A stretch of 64,000 nt of DNA, taken from a virus. Taxonomy: Duplodnaviria > Caudoviricetes. The position numbers and the translations under genes are program-made. Below are positions 27,707 to 36,307 of this stretch, piece after piece. Numbering within the stretch: position 1 is the stretch's first letter; every line of letters starts with the position of its first letter. The notes under the pieces are model-generated. The model was not told where the DNA came from and ran no database searches. It saw nothing but the letters and a program-made list of their open reading frames with translations. The stretch is from positions 8,628 through 72,627 of the IMG/VR virus record IMGVR_UViG_3300014205_000214; one strand, 5' to 3'.

Positions 27707-28346
27707 GATTCGGTATATTCCTTGTTAATTTTCTTGGAAACATTTCCCAGTTATAATCTAGTTCGTAATTATGAGAATTTCCCTCTAAATTATATCTATT
27801 TTTACTAAAACTAACCTTAGCAAAACATCTTAAACCTTCTTCAATAGGTCCAACTTTATGAATAACATATTGATCCAGCTTAAGAATAGTATTATTAGGA
27901 TAGATTATGTCATTTTCTGGTTTAGCTTGTTCACTAAGTTCTTTTAAAGAACGGGTATCATCTTGAGATATATTAAAGGGGCTATTATTAAAAATGGTTG
28001 GCTGTTTATTTGCCCAAATGTAATTAATATCTGAACTTAAAAAACCATCACTATGCCAGCCACTTCTATTAAATCCATTACCATTTTTCTGATATAGATT
28101 TTTAGAAGTTAAATAAACATAAGTATACCACCATTCTCTTTCCGTGATATTCTTTTTATAATCTAGACAGCAAATTCTGATTAATTCTCTAAAAGGTTCA
28201 AGTCTTGGTTCTATTTCAAATCTTTGTAAAGATCCTAAAGTTGTAGTATCAGGATACGCTAATTTAATAGGTAAGTATTGATAGTAGATATATTCTTTAC
28301 AATTTACTTCAACTGAACTAATAACCTCGGGAAGTTTACCGTACAT
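27699..28346 (-). CDS. 2OG-Fe(II) dioxygenase-like protein
   Basis: R.GWHSDG (HxD), distal H (YVIH), R.F. Confidence 0.55.
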   Translation of the reverse strand: MYGKLPEVISSVEVNCKEYIYYQYLPIKLAYPDTTTLGSLQRFEIEPRLEPFRELIRICCLDYKKNITEREWWYTYVYLTSKNLYQKNGNGFNRSGWHSDGFLSSDINYIWANKQPTIFNNSPFNISQDDTRSLKELSEQAKPENDIIYPNNTILKLDQYVIHKVGPIEEGLRCFAKVSFSKNRYNLEGNSHNYELDYNWEMFPRKLTRNIPNHD

Positions 28347-28828
28347 TACTTATTTACTCTAAAGAAATAAACACCAAGTTCCTGAAGAATCCATAATTTA
28401 CAAAATCCAATATACTCTAGATCATCTATATTATCAAGTATTTCCTGACCAGTTTTATAACCTTTAATGCAAACTCTTTGTAATCCATAATCAGCTATTG
28501 GAGAAGTATAATCTAACCAGAACATTCCTTCGGCATCATAAACACGATTGATAGTACAATCAACAGGAAGAAGGATAAACTGCTTTTCAAGAACAGCAAT
28601 TTGCTTATTATTTCCGGTTTGGACGGGAATATTATTAATCCACGCAATTTTTCTTTCTTTAATATCCTTATCTTCTGGGTCTACAATTATCCAAACAAAA
28701 TGTCCTTTATAGTATCCGTCATCAACATAATCTGTACGAATTACTTTACCTTTTGGACAATGAGCAAAAAAATATTGATATTCACCAATATCGTGGATTA
28801 ATAGCTCATATTTAAATATTTTACGCAT
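28346..28828 (-). CDS. hypothetical protein with internal duplication
   Basis: Two similar halves. Confidence 0.55.
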   Translation of the reverse strand: MRKIFKYELLIHDIGEYQYFFAHCPKGKVIRTDYVDDGYYKGHFVWIIVDPEDKDIKERKIAWINNIPVQTGNNKQIAVLEKQFILLPVDCTINRVYDAEGMFWLDYTSPIADYGLQRVCIKGYKTGQEILDNIDDLEYIGFCKLWILQELGVYFFRVNK

Positions 28829-29139
28829 TAAATATTCTCTCCAAGAAAATTAAACTTCTTTTCTTTATAATATTGCTCGATAAATTGTTCAAGATATTTT
28901 TCCAAGTCTTTATCATAACAGGAAACTCTAACATCCTGCTGTCCAGAACCATTACACCAATCACATTCTCTATAACTAAAATGGTAATCGTAATCAGCTA
29001 ATCTTCCATGACCTTTGCAATGAATACATTTGGTTTTCTTATTTTCTACTGGTTTAGGAAAACAATTAACAGACCAAGTAAATTTATTACCTTCACTATC
29101 TTGAAAAATCATTTTACCACCAGACAACTTCATCAACAT
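28828..29139 (-). CDS. DnaJ-type Zn-finger small protein
   Basis: CIHCKGHG and CDWCNGSG. Confidence 0.6.
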   Translation of the reverse strand: MLMKLSGGKMIFQDSEGNKFTWSVNCFPKPVENKKTKCIHCKGHGRLADYDYHFSYRECDWCNGSGQQDVRVSCYDKDLEKYLEQFIEQYYKEKKFNFLGENI

Positions 29140-29425
29140 TTACATCTAGTTTCTTACCATTTCTTTTTACAACTACTTCAACAGATAGTTCCATATCAGC
29201 ATCAGTATCGTCGTCATAAAGATCTGGAATTTCAAATTCTTCAGTAACAATTCTAATTGATTTACAAACAGGGACACCACAAATTTCAGATAGTGGCTTA
29301 TTAAGATGTTTAGCTAAATCTTTTAGAACTTCTTTTCCATCGCTACAAAGTTCGTCATATAATCCGTTATTAGAAACTTCCTTAAAAATCTTTTCCAACA
29401 TCAAACGATCTTTAGATTTAGCCAT
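29114..29425 (-). CDS. hypothetical protein
   Basis: Start moved to MAKSKD because the longer ORF overlaps the tRNA. Confidence 0.6.
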   Translation of the reverse strand: MAKSKDRLMLEKIFKEVSNNGLYDELCSDGKEVLKDLAKHLNKPLSEICGVPVCKSIRIVTEEFEIPDLYDDDTDADMELSVEVVVKRNGKKLDVNVDEVVWW

Positions 29426-29464
29426 AATATATCCTAATAAGAAAACAATACAGAAATGTATAAG

Positions 29465-29538
29465 TGAAACCAGAAGGATTCGAACCTTCAACCTACAGAG
29501 TAGAAATCTGTGACTCTATCCATTTGAGTTATGGTTCC
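29465..29538 (-). tRNA. tRNA-Arg(UCU), CCA not encoded
   Basis: GGAACCA/TGGTTTC acceptor, ACTC D-stem, ACAGA-TT-TCT-AC-TCTGT, GAAGG-TTCGAAT-CCTTC. Confidence 0.95.
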
Positions 29539-29545
29539 ATAAATT

Positions 29546-29657
29546 AAGAGTATCTGGGAAAGATTCTATGAGTGACTGCTGAATAAACCCTTCCCGAGAT
29601 ACTCTTAATAATCTAGTTTTTAAGCTAAGTCTTTCGACCGGCGTATTCAGCTAGATT
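29546..29657 (-). ncRNA. candidate structured RNA 5-prime of the tRNA
   Basis: Two long inverted repeats plus an 8-nt complementarity between them. Confidence 0.4.
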
Positions 29658-30033
29658 ACAAACTTACAGTATCTTCAACAACCTTCTTTTCAGGCAAACT
29701 TAAGTTATTCTTCTTAAGAACTTCTAAGGCAAAGACAGTTCCCTCAAGAGAATTCCTTTTACCTTGAACAACACTTGAAACAGGTGTCCCTTTTTCTGCC
29801 AATAGCTTAGCTACTGCTGAGAAAACCTTATTTTGACTCTTAAAACCAGATTGTTCGTGCATTTCCTTAAGATTCTTAAAACCTCCCTGACCTAGCTTAT
29901 CGAGAGCATCAAAGATATTTGAAACCTTGATATTTCTGCCAGCGTCCAAATCTAGAGCACTAGCAAATTGTTCCTTAACAGCCTTCAAATTTTCAGCAAA
30001 CATAATTAAACCTCCAAAAAAGTAGTGAAACAA
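29656..30033 (-). CDS. hypothetical protein
   Basis: GGAGG RBS before internal MFAEN; first gene after a promoter. Confidence 0.65.
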   Translation of the reverse strand: MFHYFFGGLIMFAENLKAVKEQFASALDLDAGRNIKVSNIFDALDKLGQGGFKNLKEMHEQSGFKSQNKVFSAVAKLLAEKGTPVSSVVQGKRNSLEGTVFALEVLKKNNLSLPEKKVVEDTVSL

Positions 30034-30061
30034 ACTATACTAATATTATACACCGAAACTA

Positions 30062-30622
30062 TCATTTGTCAAGAAACTTTTCTATCTCTTTTGCTAGATT
30101 TAGAATTGAATCATGAGTAAAGTGCTGACAACCAACCACAACATCATCTTTGTTAATTACTGCGGAATATTCTAAATTTAATTCAACAGTAACATTACCT
30201 TTTTTAAATTTATTAAATTCTTCTTCAGAAGATTCTTCAATACTTGTTATTTCTAACATTTTACCAAGCGGCTTAAGATCTTTATTACCTTTTGCTGTAT
30301 AAGCTTCATCAGCGGTAATATGATCTCCATGAAATTTCACATTCTTTAAACACCAAACCAAACCAAAAGAAGTAACTTTGTGATATTTATCCATTTTATC
30401 CTCTATATCTAGCCTTGGATAACCTTTATTGATATAATAGTCATTATCACACCAACCAAAACGATCCTTTTCATAACTAACAGCACCATTTTCTGGATAT
30501 TTATTTACAGCAAAAGAATGCTGATTCATACAACGGTCATAATCTGGATAATACTTTTTAACCTTTTGAAAAGCTTCTTCTATAGTTAAACCACCAACAA
30601 AAACATAAGTATGCTCATTCAT
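30062..30622 (-). CDS. VGCQ-module family protein
   Basis: C-terminal LN.EY.A......VVGCQ.F. Confidence 0.65.
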   Translation of the reverse strand: MNEHTYVFVGGLTIEEAFQKVKKYYPDYDRCMNQHSFAVNKYPENGAVSYEKDRFGWCDNDYYINKGYPRLDIEDKMDKYHKVTSFGLVWCLKNVKFHGDHITADEAYTAKGNKDLKPLGKMLEITSIEESSEEEFNKFKKGNVTVELNLEYSAVINKDDVVVGCQHFTHDSILNLAKEIEKFLDK

Positions 30623-30818
30623 AACTTTTCACCCAATTAAAATCCTTATCATTAGTTTTATCTATCCATCTGACAGATTTAGCAGACCAAGAACATTCTT
30701 CTATTATAGACACAATAGCAAATTTGTCAATTTTTTCTTCTAGAACTTTCCAAATGCTTCCAAACTGATTAATTCTATTTTTAGCTTTAAGGGTTTTGGG
30801 TTTTAGCTTTAAGTTCAT
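30615..30818 (-). CDS. hypothetical protein containing an embedded promoter
   Basis: Packed ORF. Confidence 0.55.
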   Translation of the reverse strand: MNLKLKPKTLKAKNRINQFGSIWKVLEEKIDKFAIVSIIEECSWSAKSVRWIDKTNDKDFNWVKSYE

Positions 30819-31092
30819 TAATTTTTTCTTTCCAAAGTTCTTCTACTTCATCACCACCCCAAAATTTATAAGTACCATACCCAGAATCACCTTGAAGTTC
30901 TTCATAAACATCAACAGCATACTCATAATCACCAAAAACTTGATCTAAAATACAGTTCATAGTTAGATCAAATTCTTTAAGATTAATCTTATTAAGCCAA
31001 TTTGGATCTTTGCTGTTAAGCCACTCGACAGAATTATTAATTCGCTTATTAACTTCTTGAAGTTCTTCTTTACTATAATTACTCATGTACAA
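30787..31092 (-). CDS. CxLGQ paralog family protein
   Basis: VEWL...PNW..KINL...CILDQVFG.Y. Confidence 0.65.
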   Translation of the reverse strand: MYMSNYSKEELQEVNKRINNSVEWLNSKDPNWLNKINLKEFDLTMNCILDQVFGDYEYAVDVYEELQGDSGYGTYKFWGGDEVEELWKEKINELKAKTQNP

Positions 31093-31238
31093 CCCAACCT
31101 ATTCCAGAAATAAATTGTTCTAATCCGCCACCACGGCCCTTTAAAACCATTAATTGATAATAGAATTCAGCCTCACATGACTCCAAATTATCAAATTCAG
31201 AAGAAGTTAAAGAATAATCTTGTAAATAAATCTTAAAT

Positions 31239-31568
31239 CTATACATTCCAAGTAGCCCCGTTTTTCAAAACTTCTTTACCCAATTTAATAATAGTCTGTC
31301 GAGCTTCTTCAGCTTCTAAACATATATTATTATAATAGTATTCTTTAAAAGCTTCAATATCAAATTCTTTATTTTGAAACAATTGGATTGCCCCAAAATT
31401 AGCAATTTCGTCATAAACAGCACTAGAAAGACCTGCTAAACAGGCTACATAAGTACTCGATAAAGGAACGCCTTTATTTACCCATTCTATTTGCTGTTGT
31501 TCTAAAACCTTGGAAATAGCCTTAGCTATATGTTGACCCTCTAATAGGGTATCGAATTTTCCACTCAT
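31239..31568 (-). CDS. hypothetical protein
   Basis: Packed ORF. Confidence 0.55.
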   Translation of the reverse strand: MSGKFDTLLEGQHIAKAISKVLEQQQIEWVNKGVPLSSTYVACLAGLSSAVYDEIANFGAIQLFQNKEFDIEAFKEYYYNNICLEAEEARQTIIKLGKEVLKNGATWNV

Positions 31569-31600
31569 GCTGCAAACCCTTTTTGATTAGATTGTACGTG

Positions 31601-31840
31601 TTATGTACAACTGCAATGATAACAAAAGTTTTGATCTATCTTTCTACTACAATTTTCACAGAAAAATATCAGCTCTTTTTTACTTGTAAATATCAAACCC
31701 TTATCATAGTCTAATTGAATAGAATCTATTGGAACAAACCTCGAACTATTATTTTCCCATTCCTTAAAATAAGCTTCTTGTTCAAGGTCTGCTTCACTAA
31801 TTATTTTAAGTAGAGTAGCAACAACTTCTTTTCCGGTCAT
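31601..31840 (-). CDS. hypothetical Zn-ribbon protein
   Basis: C-terminal CENC...CYHC. Confidence 0.55.
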   Translation of the reverse strand: MTGKEVVATLLKIISEADLEQEAYFKEWENNSSRFVPIDSIQLDYDKGLIFTSKKELIFFCENCSRKIDQNFCYHCSCT

Positions 31841-32046
31841 ACTTTAACCTTAACCTTCTTAGTCTTTTTAAGAATAGCACCAAAAGATCTTAAATCGTTT
31901 GAGATATCTATGCCATGAGCCATATCTTCAATTAAATTCATAGCCTGTCGAGTTGTTATGGTACAGTTTTTAGTATCCATTCCGGACTTACCAAGACGAA
32001 ACAATAACCTAGAACTTGCAGGAGAATTACGATCTACATTATTCAT
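31837..32046 (-). CDS. hypothetical protein
   Basis: First gene after promoter 32084. Confidence 0.6.
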   Translation of the reverse strand: MNNVDRNSPASSRLLFRLGKSGMDTKNCTITTRQAMNLIEDMAHGIDISNDLRSFGAILKKTKKVKVKV

Positions 32047-32107
32047 TTTTCTAACCTTTAAGGGATGGTGACTTAACTCTTTTATTATACCAAGAGATAT
32101 TAGTTTG

Positions 32108-32533
32108 TCAAATCTTCTTTCTTAAATAAGATAGTAAATCATAAACAATTTGGTCCCTAGTTTCCCAAGAATATTTATAATCAAGCTTCTCTAATGGTTT
32201 TACCGAGTCAACCAAAAACATTGAATAAGAACAATCTTCTGCTAATTTATGTAATGTTTGCAATGTTGATAAATTAACCTTTTCGTTGCTACAAAATATA
32301 TGAAAAAAATTCTTATATTCTTCTTTTAAGCCTCGATATTCACAAAGCCAAACCTCTCTATTTCTATCAAACTCATTTATATAATCTGATTTTTCTGTAT
32401 AAACAAATAATCCAGTTCCTTCAGGAGCTTTATTCCATTGGTTTCGCCTGTAAGTAATTGGATAAACATTTGATACAGAAGTTAATCTATTATTTACTTT
32501 TTCAAATACTTTTAAGCAATATTGAGTTTTCAT
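32108..32533 (-). CDS. YYKV paralog family protein (divergent)
   Basis: Y...W..APEGTGLFV...VWLCEY...VKP. Confidence 0.6.
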   Translation of the reverse strand: MKTQYCLKVFEKVNNRLTSVSNVYPITYRRNQWNKAPEGTGLFVYTEKSDYINEFDRNREVWLCEYRGLKEEYKNFFHIFCSNEKVNLSTLQTLHKLAEDCSYSMFLVDSVKPLEKLDYKYSWETRDQIVYDLLSYLRKKI

Positions 32534-32793
32534 TACTTATTCCTAAACCACAACAAGGAGATTACAACATAAGATGTTAACATTAAATATAGTGGCCAAA
32601 ACTTTAAAAGAACCTGTGGAGCGGTTAGTTCTGGAAAACTAAACATCCATATTAAATTAATTAATAATACACCAATAACACCAACTATTAGTATTCCTTG
32701 GAAAAATCCATCAAGAAAAGCCTTGGATTTAAATAGTTTAAACATTAATTCTCCAAGCTTCTCCAACAGAATCCCAACCCCGCCAACCAACAT
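32533..32793 (-). CDS. two-TM membrane protein
   Basis: Hydrophobic helices; start probably MFKLF. Confidence 0.55.
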   Translation of the reverse strand: MLVGGVGILLEKLGELMFKLFKSKAFLDGFFQGILIVGVIGVLLINLIWMFSFPELTAPQVLLKFWPLYLMLTSYVVISLLWFRNK

Positions 32794-33079
32794 TTAAAAC
32801 ACGATCTATTTCATTTTGATCTATATTAAGATCTTTGAGAAACTTTTCTAATCCGCGAGGACCAGTTCCGCTATATCCCCAACTAAAATTACTAATTCTC
32901 ATTGAACCTTTATCACCACGAAGTAAAACCGCTACATGATTTACTCCATATTTTCCCTTATAGCAGTACCCTTTAATATACTTAAGCCAGCCAATCTTTT
33001 GGATATGTTTAAAAGCTTTTAATGAACCAGAAGTAGAGCCGGAAGTATCTCTGTAGCGATACATTTTAAAATCTCGCAA
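32738..33079 (-). CDS. hypothetical protein with F.WGY.G.GP motif
   Basis: FSWGYSGTGP..L. Confidence 0.6.
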   Translation of the reverse strand: MRDFKMYRYRDTSGSTSGSLKAFKHIQKIGWLKYIKGYCYKGKYGVNHVAVLLRGDKGSMRISNFSWGYSGTGPRGLEKFLKDLNIDQNEIDRVLNVGWRGWDSVGEAWRINV

Positions 33080-33287
33080 AAGGTTTAATGTAATACTGAT
33101 ATCCGCCGCGTGTCCAAAAATAACAAAGTTTGTTTAGATCATAAAGAGCATCTTTAATCGTTCTTCCGTGAACCCAAATTGTAGATTCTCTTTTGAAGTC
33201 GTTTTTAAAACAAATATATTGAACTTCGTGAAAGAATATGTCGTTAGGATTTTCTCTAGTATAGAAAACACCATGTTCATCAAACAT
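33066..33287 (-). CDS. hypothetical protein
   Basis: Packed ORF. Confidence 0.5.
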   Translation of the reverse strand: MFDEHGVFYTRENPNDIFFHEVQYICFKNDFKRESTIWVHGRTIKDALYDLNKLCYFWTRGGYQYYIKPFARF

Positions 33288-33301
33288 TTAAAAAGCCTTT
33301 A

Positions 33302-33598
33302 TTAGTCTTTGCTTCTAAGTTTTTCAATTTCTGATCGCCAAGTTTCTTTTAAATCATTGAAAGCTTGCGGCTTATCACTTTCATTTAAGTAATAATAATC
33401 ATCATTAATATCAAAACCAAGATCATATTCATAAGTACCAAAATATTCATCGTCGACCATTGATCGAATTTGACCTAAAACACAGTCACCTAAACTTTTC
33501 ATATTAAGACGATCTAAATCAATTTTGTTATACCAATCTTTTGGCACAACTTGTGAATCGTTAAGAAAATCAATACCATTTTGTACTTGCTTCAACAT
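33302..33598 (-). CDS. CxLGQ paralog family protein
   Basis: NGIDFL...W..KIDL..L.M...CVLGQ. Confidence 0.65.
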   Translation of the reverse strand: MLKQVQNGIDFLNDSQVVPKDWYNKIDLDRLNMKSLGDCVLGQIRSMVDDEYFGTYEYDLGFDINDDYYYLNESDKPQAFNDLKETWRSEIEKLRSKD

Positions 33599-33641
33599 TT
33601 TGTTTCTTTCAAATTAACAAACTCATAACAACTATTATACT

Positions 33642-34133
33642 CTAAGAATTTAATTTATCAAGCATTTTATTATGTTTATATATAAGCTTATAAATAGCTT
33701 TTAAACATTCTTTCCTATTAAAAGAAGGAATTACTTCGTTATCAATCAATTTTTGATTTAAAATACTAGATTTATTATTACTGCCAGCACGATCACCATA
33801 TTCTTCAAACATTTCTTCAGCAATCTTCTGAATTATATCCGCGTTTTTAAGTTTTTCTCTTTCTAGTATTTCTTCTTTACTAATACTAGTAATCTCTACT
33901 TGAAAATCATATCTAGATTGCATATTAGCAATAGCTAATTCTTTAGTAAGAACAGTAATAATAACACTATCTTCCAAAATGAAAACGCATCCAATATCTT
34001 CATTAAGCAACATTAACGATTTACCCTTTTGAATACCAAAGGGAATCGCTTTTTTATAAATATCTTCTACATCTTCTGGTAATAACTTAAATCTATTCCA
34101 TAATTGATCTTTAGCGTGGTCAGTAAAAATCAT
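33642..34133 (-). CDS. RelE/DUF4258-like (BECR fold) domain protein
   Basis: FT.HA..Q...R...VF....VIITV. Confidence 0.45.
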   Translation of the reverse strand: MIFTDHAKDQLWNRFKLLPEDVEDIYKKAIPFGIQKGKSLMLLNEDIGCVFILEDSVIITVLTKELAIANMQSRYDFQVEITSISKEEILEREKLKNADIIQKIAEEMFEEYGDRAGSNNKSSILNQKLIDNEVIPSFNRKECLKAIYKLIYKHNKMLDKLNS

Positions 34134-34340
34134 TTAACAAGATCCAAATCTAAGAGAATAAAAACAATCATCATCTTCGTAATATGGCTTAAAACTTAAT
34201 TCTTCTAATCTTTTAATATCTTCTTTACTTACTAGGCTAGGACTAATAAATATATGTAAAATATCATGCTCGCAATAAATTGGGGAAAAGTCATTCTTAT
34301 ATTTTACGAATATTTGCAAAGCTTCAATAAGATCAGACAT
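34134..34340 (-). CDS. small conserved phage protein
   Basis: CEHD.L...ED..RL.EL.F. Confidence 0.65.
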   Translation of the reverse strand: MSDLIEALQIFVKYKNDFSPIYCEHDILHIFISPSLVSKEDIKRLEELSFKPYYEDDDCFYSLRFGSC

Positions 34341-34342
34341 TT

Positions 34343-34732
34343 TTATACATCGCCCATTTCCTCTAAAACCATCTTAGCAAACTTAACCATAACGTCTTTT
34401 GAGAAAGTTTGGCAACCTACTACAACTTCTGTTTTTGAAATTTTCGCTACATAATTACTACTAAGAACACATTCTTTATAACGATTTGGAAGTTCTCCAG
34501 TTTGATACCATTTAATAAAATCTTCTAAAGAAATAACGGTCTTTTCCATACTTTTGGAAATAGAATCTCCATAATAAATAAAACTATCACCATTTTCACT
34601 TACTGATATGAATTTGTAACGAGTATATTTAAACTCTTTTCTACCAGCCCAACTATAATCCTTTTCAAACAATATTGCTTGAACAAGTTTGCTCGTATCT
34701 TCATTAACTTCAATTGTAAATAAATAACTCAT
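34343..34732 (-). CDS. VGCQ-module family protein
   Basis: C-terminal LS.NY.A......VVGCQ.F. Confidence 0.65.
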   Translation of the reverse strand: MSYLFTIEVNEDTSKLVQAILFEKDYSWAGRKEFKYTRYKFISVSENGDSFIYYGDSISKSMEKTVISLEDFIKWYQTGELPNRYKECVLSSNYVAKISKTEVVVGCQTFSKDVMVKFAKMVLEEMGDV

Positions 34733-34877
34733 AATTGTCTTTCAAAGGTTAAAATTTCTTCGGCAAGCATATCAAGATGATTTTCAATAGCATTTACTAA
34801 GCCATAATCGGCATAATCCATAGCATTATCAAAATCACTTGTAGCTTGATCCCATAAGTCTAATAGTTTAGTTATTG

Positions 34878-35057
34878 TCATATTAATCCCGCTCTCTTTA
34901 AAATAATTTTGTGGGTGGTTTTCTGGAAAGAATTGTGCTTTCGTGGTATAATAACAGTATTATTGCCATCGCTCCATTTTTCGTGTTTCTGTGCAGAGAC
35001 TAAAACATATCCCGCTTTAGATAGAATACTAATAACATCTTTTCTTGATTTGATCAT
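34878..35057 (-). CDS. HicA-like mRNA interferase, 59 aa (not in track)
   Basis: MIKSRKDVISILSKAGYVLVSAQKHEKWSDGNNTVIIPRKHNSFQKTTHKIILKRAGLI. Confidence 0.65.
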   Translation of the reverse strand: MIKSRKDVISILSKAGYVLVSAQKHEKWSDGNNTVIIPRKHNSFQKTTHKIILKRAGLI

Positions 35058-35235
35058 TCTTTTATTATACCACTTAAATAGTATTTGTCAATTAAATTCT
35101 ATTGTATATAGTATATAGGCAAATCTTAAAAAGACTGCTAATATAGTTAAATAGAATATTGAGATAAAAGTACCTATTAATACTATGAAGAATTTTTCAA
35201 TCATGGTTATTTTAACTTTAAGGTGTATTAATCAA

Positions 35236-35415
35236 TTATAAATCGTCTAAATCATCGCCTAAATCATTAAAAGAATCATAAACAGATTCCATAAGATCGT
35301 TAACAATTTCAGTTTGAGCATAAATATTTTCAGCCCAATCATTATCATCTGTATAAGTATTCCTACCATTGATAATATCACGAAGTTGCTCAAATTGAAG
35401 ATATAGTTCTTCCAC
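35236..35415 (-). CDS. 59-aa highly acidic protein (not in track)
   Basis: GTG after an AGGA RBS; 17 D/E versus 2 K/R. Confidence 0.6.
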   Translation of the reverse strand: MEELYLQFEQLRDIINGRNTYTDDNDWAENIYAQTEIVNDLMESVYDSFNDLGDDLDDL

Positions 35416-35420
35416 AATAA

Positions 35421-35627
35421 TTAATTCCTATTAGTAGTCCTGGCCCAGCAAAGACAAATAGTAACATCTTCCAATTCAACAAACCCATTATCTAATTCTT
35501 CAGAGTTTGTTTCTCGACCATAGTTTTTATTTTCTTGAACAAATAATTGCTCAGCATCTTCTTGGTTTTTACATATAGTAACAGATTCTGTAACACCATT
35601 TTTGATTATTACAACAGTTGGAGTCAT
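35421..35627 (-). CDS. hypothetical protein
   Basis: TAATG-coupled ORF. Confidence 0.6.
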   Translation of the reverse strand: MTPTVVIIKNGVTESVTICKNQEDAEQLFVQENKNYGRETNSEELDNGFVELEDVTICLCWARTTNRN

Positions 35628-35788
35628 TATTCTCTTTCTATTAAACGAAGTTCTTGATTAAGTTTTTGAATCTTATCCTCAATTTGCTCATATTCTACAA
35701 CGAAATAGCAATCTAGAATTCTTTTCTATAGAACTTCTATCTCAATTATGATCTGCTGGCGTCGATCCTTTTTCTTTTGCTTAGACAT
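35627..35788 (-). pseudogene. 53-codon coiled-coil gene with an in-frame TAG (35726-35728)
   Basis: Both ends overlap-coupled to neighbours; MSKQKKKDRRQQIIIEIEVL*KRILD...LIERE. Confidence 0.55.
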
Positions 35789-35990
35789 TAGATTGTCTAA
35801 TCGCTTCAATAAAAGCATGAAGAATACCACCAAAGACAATTCCAAGAAGAAGAATTGGAAGAGACTTAATTTCTAGTCCCCATCCATAAATCATCATCAT
35901 TAGTCCATTTAGGAAACCTAAAACAATAATAAACAGGATTGCAAGAAACTTTACAAACATTTTACTTTTCCTTATTATCGAAACCGTCAA
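35781..35990 (-). CDS. two-TM membrane protein
   Basis: MMIYGWGL.I.S hairpin. Confidence 0.6.
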   Translation of the reverse strand: MTVSIIRKSKMFVKFLAILFIIVLGFLNGLMMMIYGWGLEIKSLPILLLGIVFGGILHAFIEAIRQSNV

Positions 35991-36035
35991 AAATTACTAT
36001 ATAAGCCATTATTGCAAAAACTAGAAGAAGAAAAT

Positions 36036-36239
36036 TCATTCGTTTTGTTCCACGATTTGAACTGAATATTCTTTTACAGAACCATCACAAGAAATATCTC
36101 CTTCAAATTCAATTCCGTTTTGCTCACAAATCATTTTAGCCACGTTTTGAGCAAGATCATAAGCCAAAACTCCTGGACTATCCATAAAAGGAATAACTTG
36201 CTGAACAACACCTTCTTCTGTTTCAATAACAAATACCAT
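36036..36239 (-). CDS. small acidic protein
   Basis: First gene after promoter 36279. Confidence 0.6.
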   Translation of the reverse strand: MVFVIETEEGVVQQVIPFMDSPGVLAYDLAQNVAKMICEQNGIEFEGDISCDGSVKEYSVQIVEQNE

Positions 36240-36307
36240 TAGACTTAAGCCTTTTAAAGAGGTTGGTTAACTACTTTAATTATACAAGAGACTTAAAGTT
36301 TGTCAAA

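Noticed and set aside
29426-29491. N-terminal hydrophobic extension of ORF 29114..29491
   Set aside because: Overlaps the tRNA-Arg T-arm; the real start is more likely ATG 29425
29440-29660. Theta/HDV-like or hammerhead ribozyme at the tRNA
   Set aside because: The structure lies 5-prime of the tRNA rather than 3-prime, and no CTGANGA core was found
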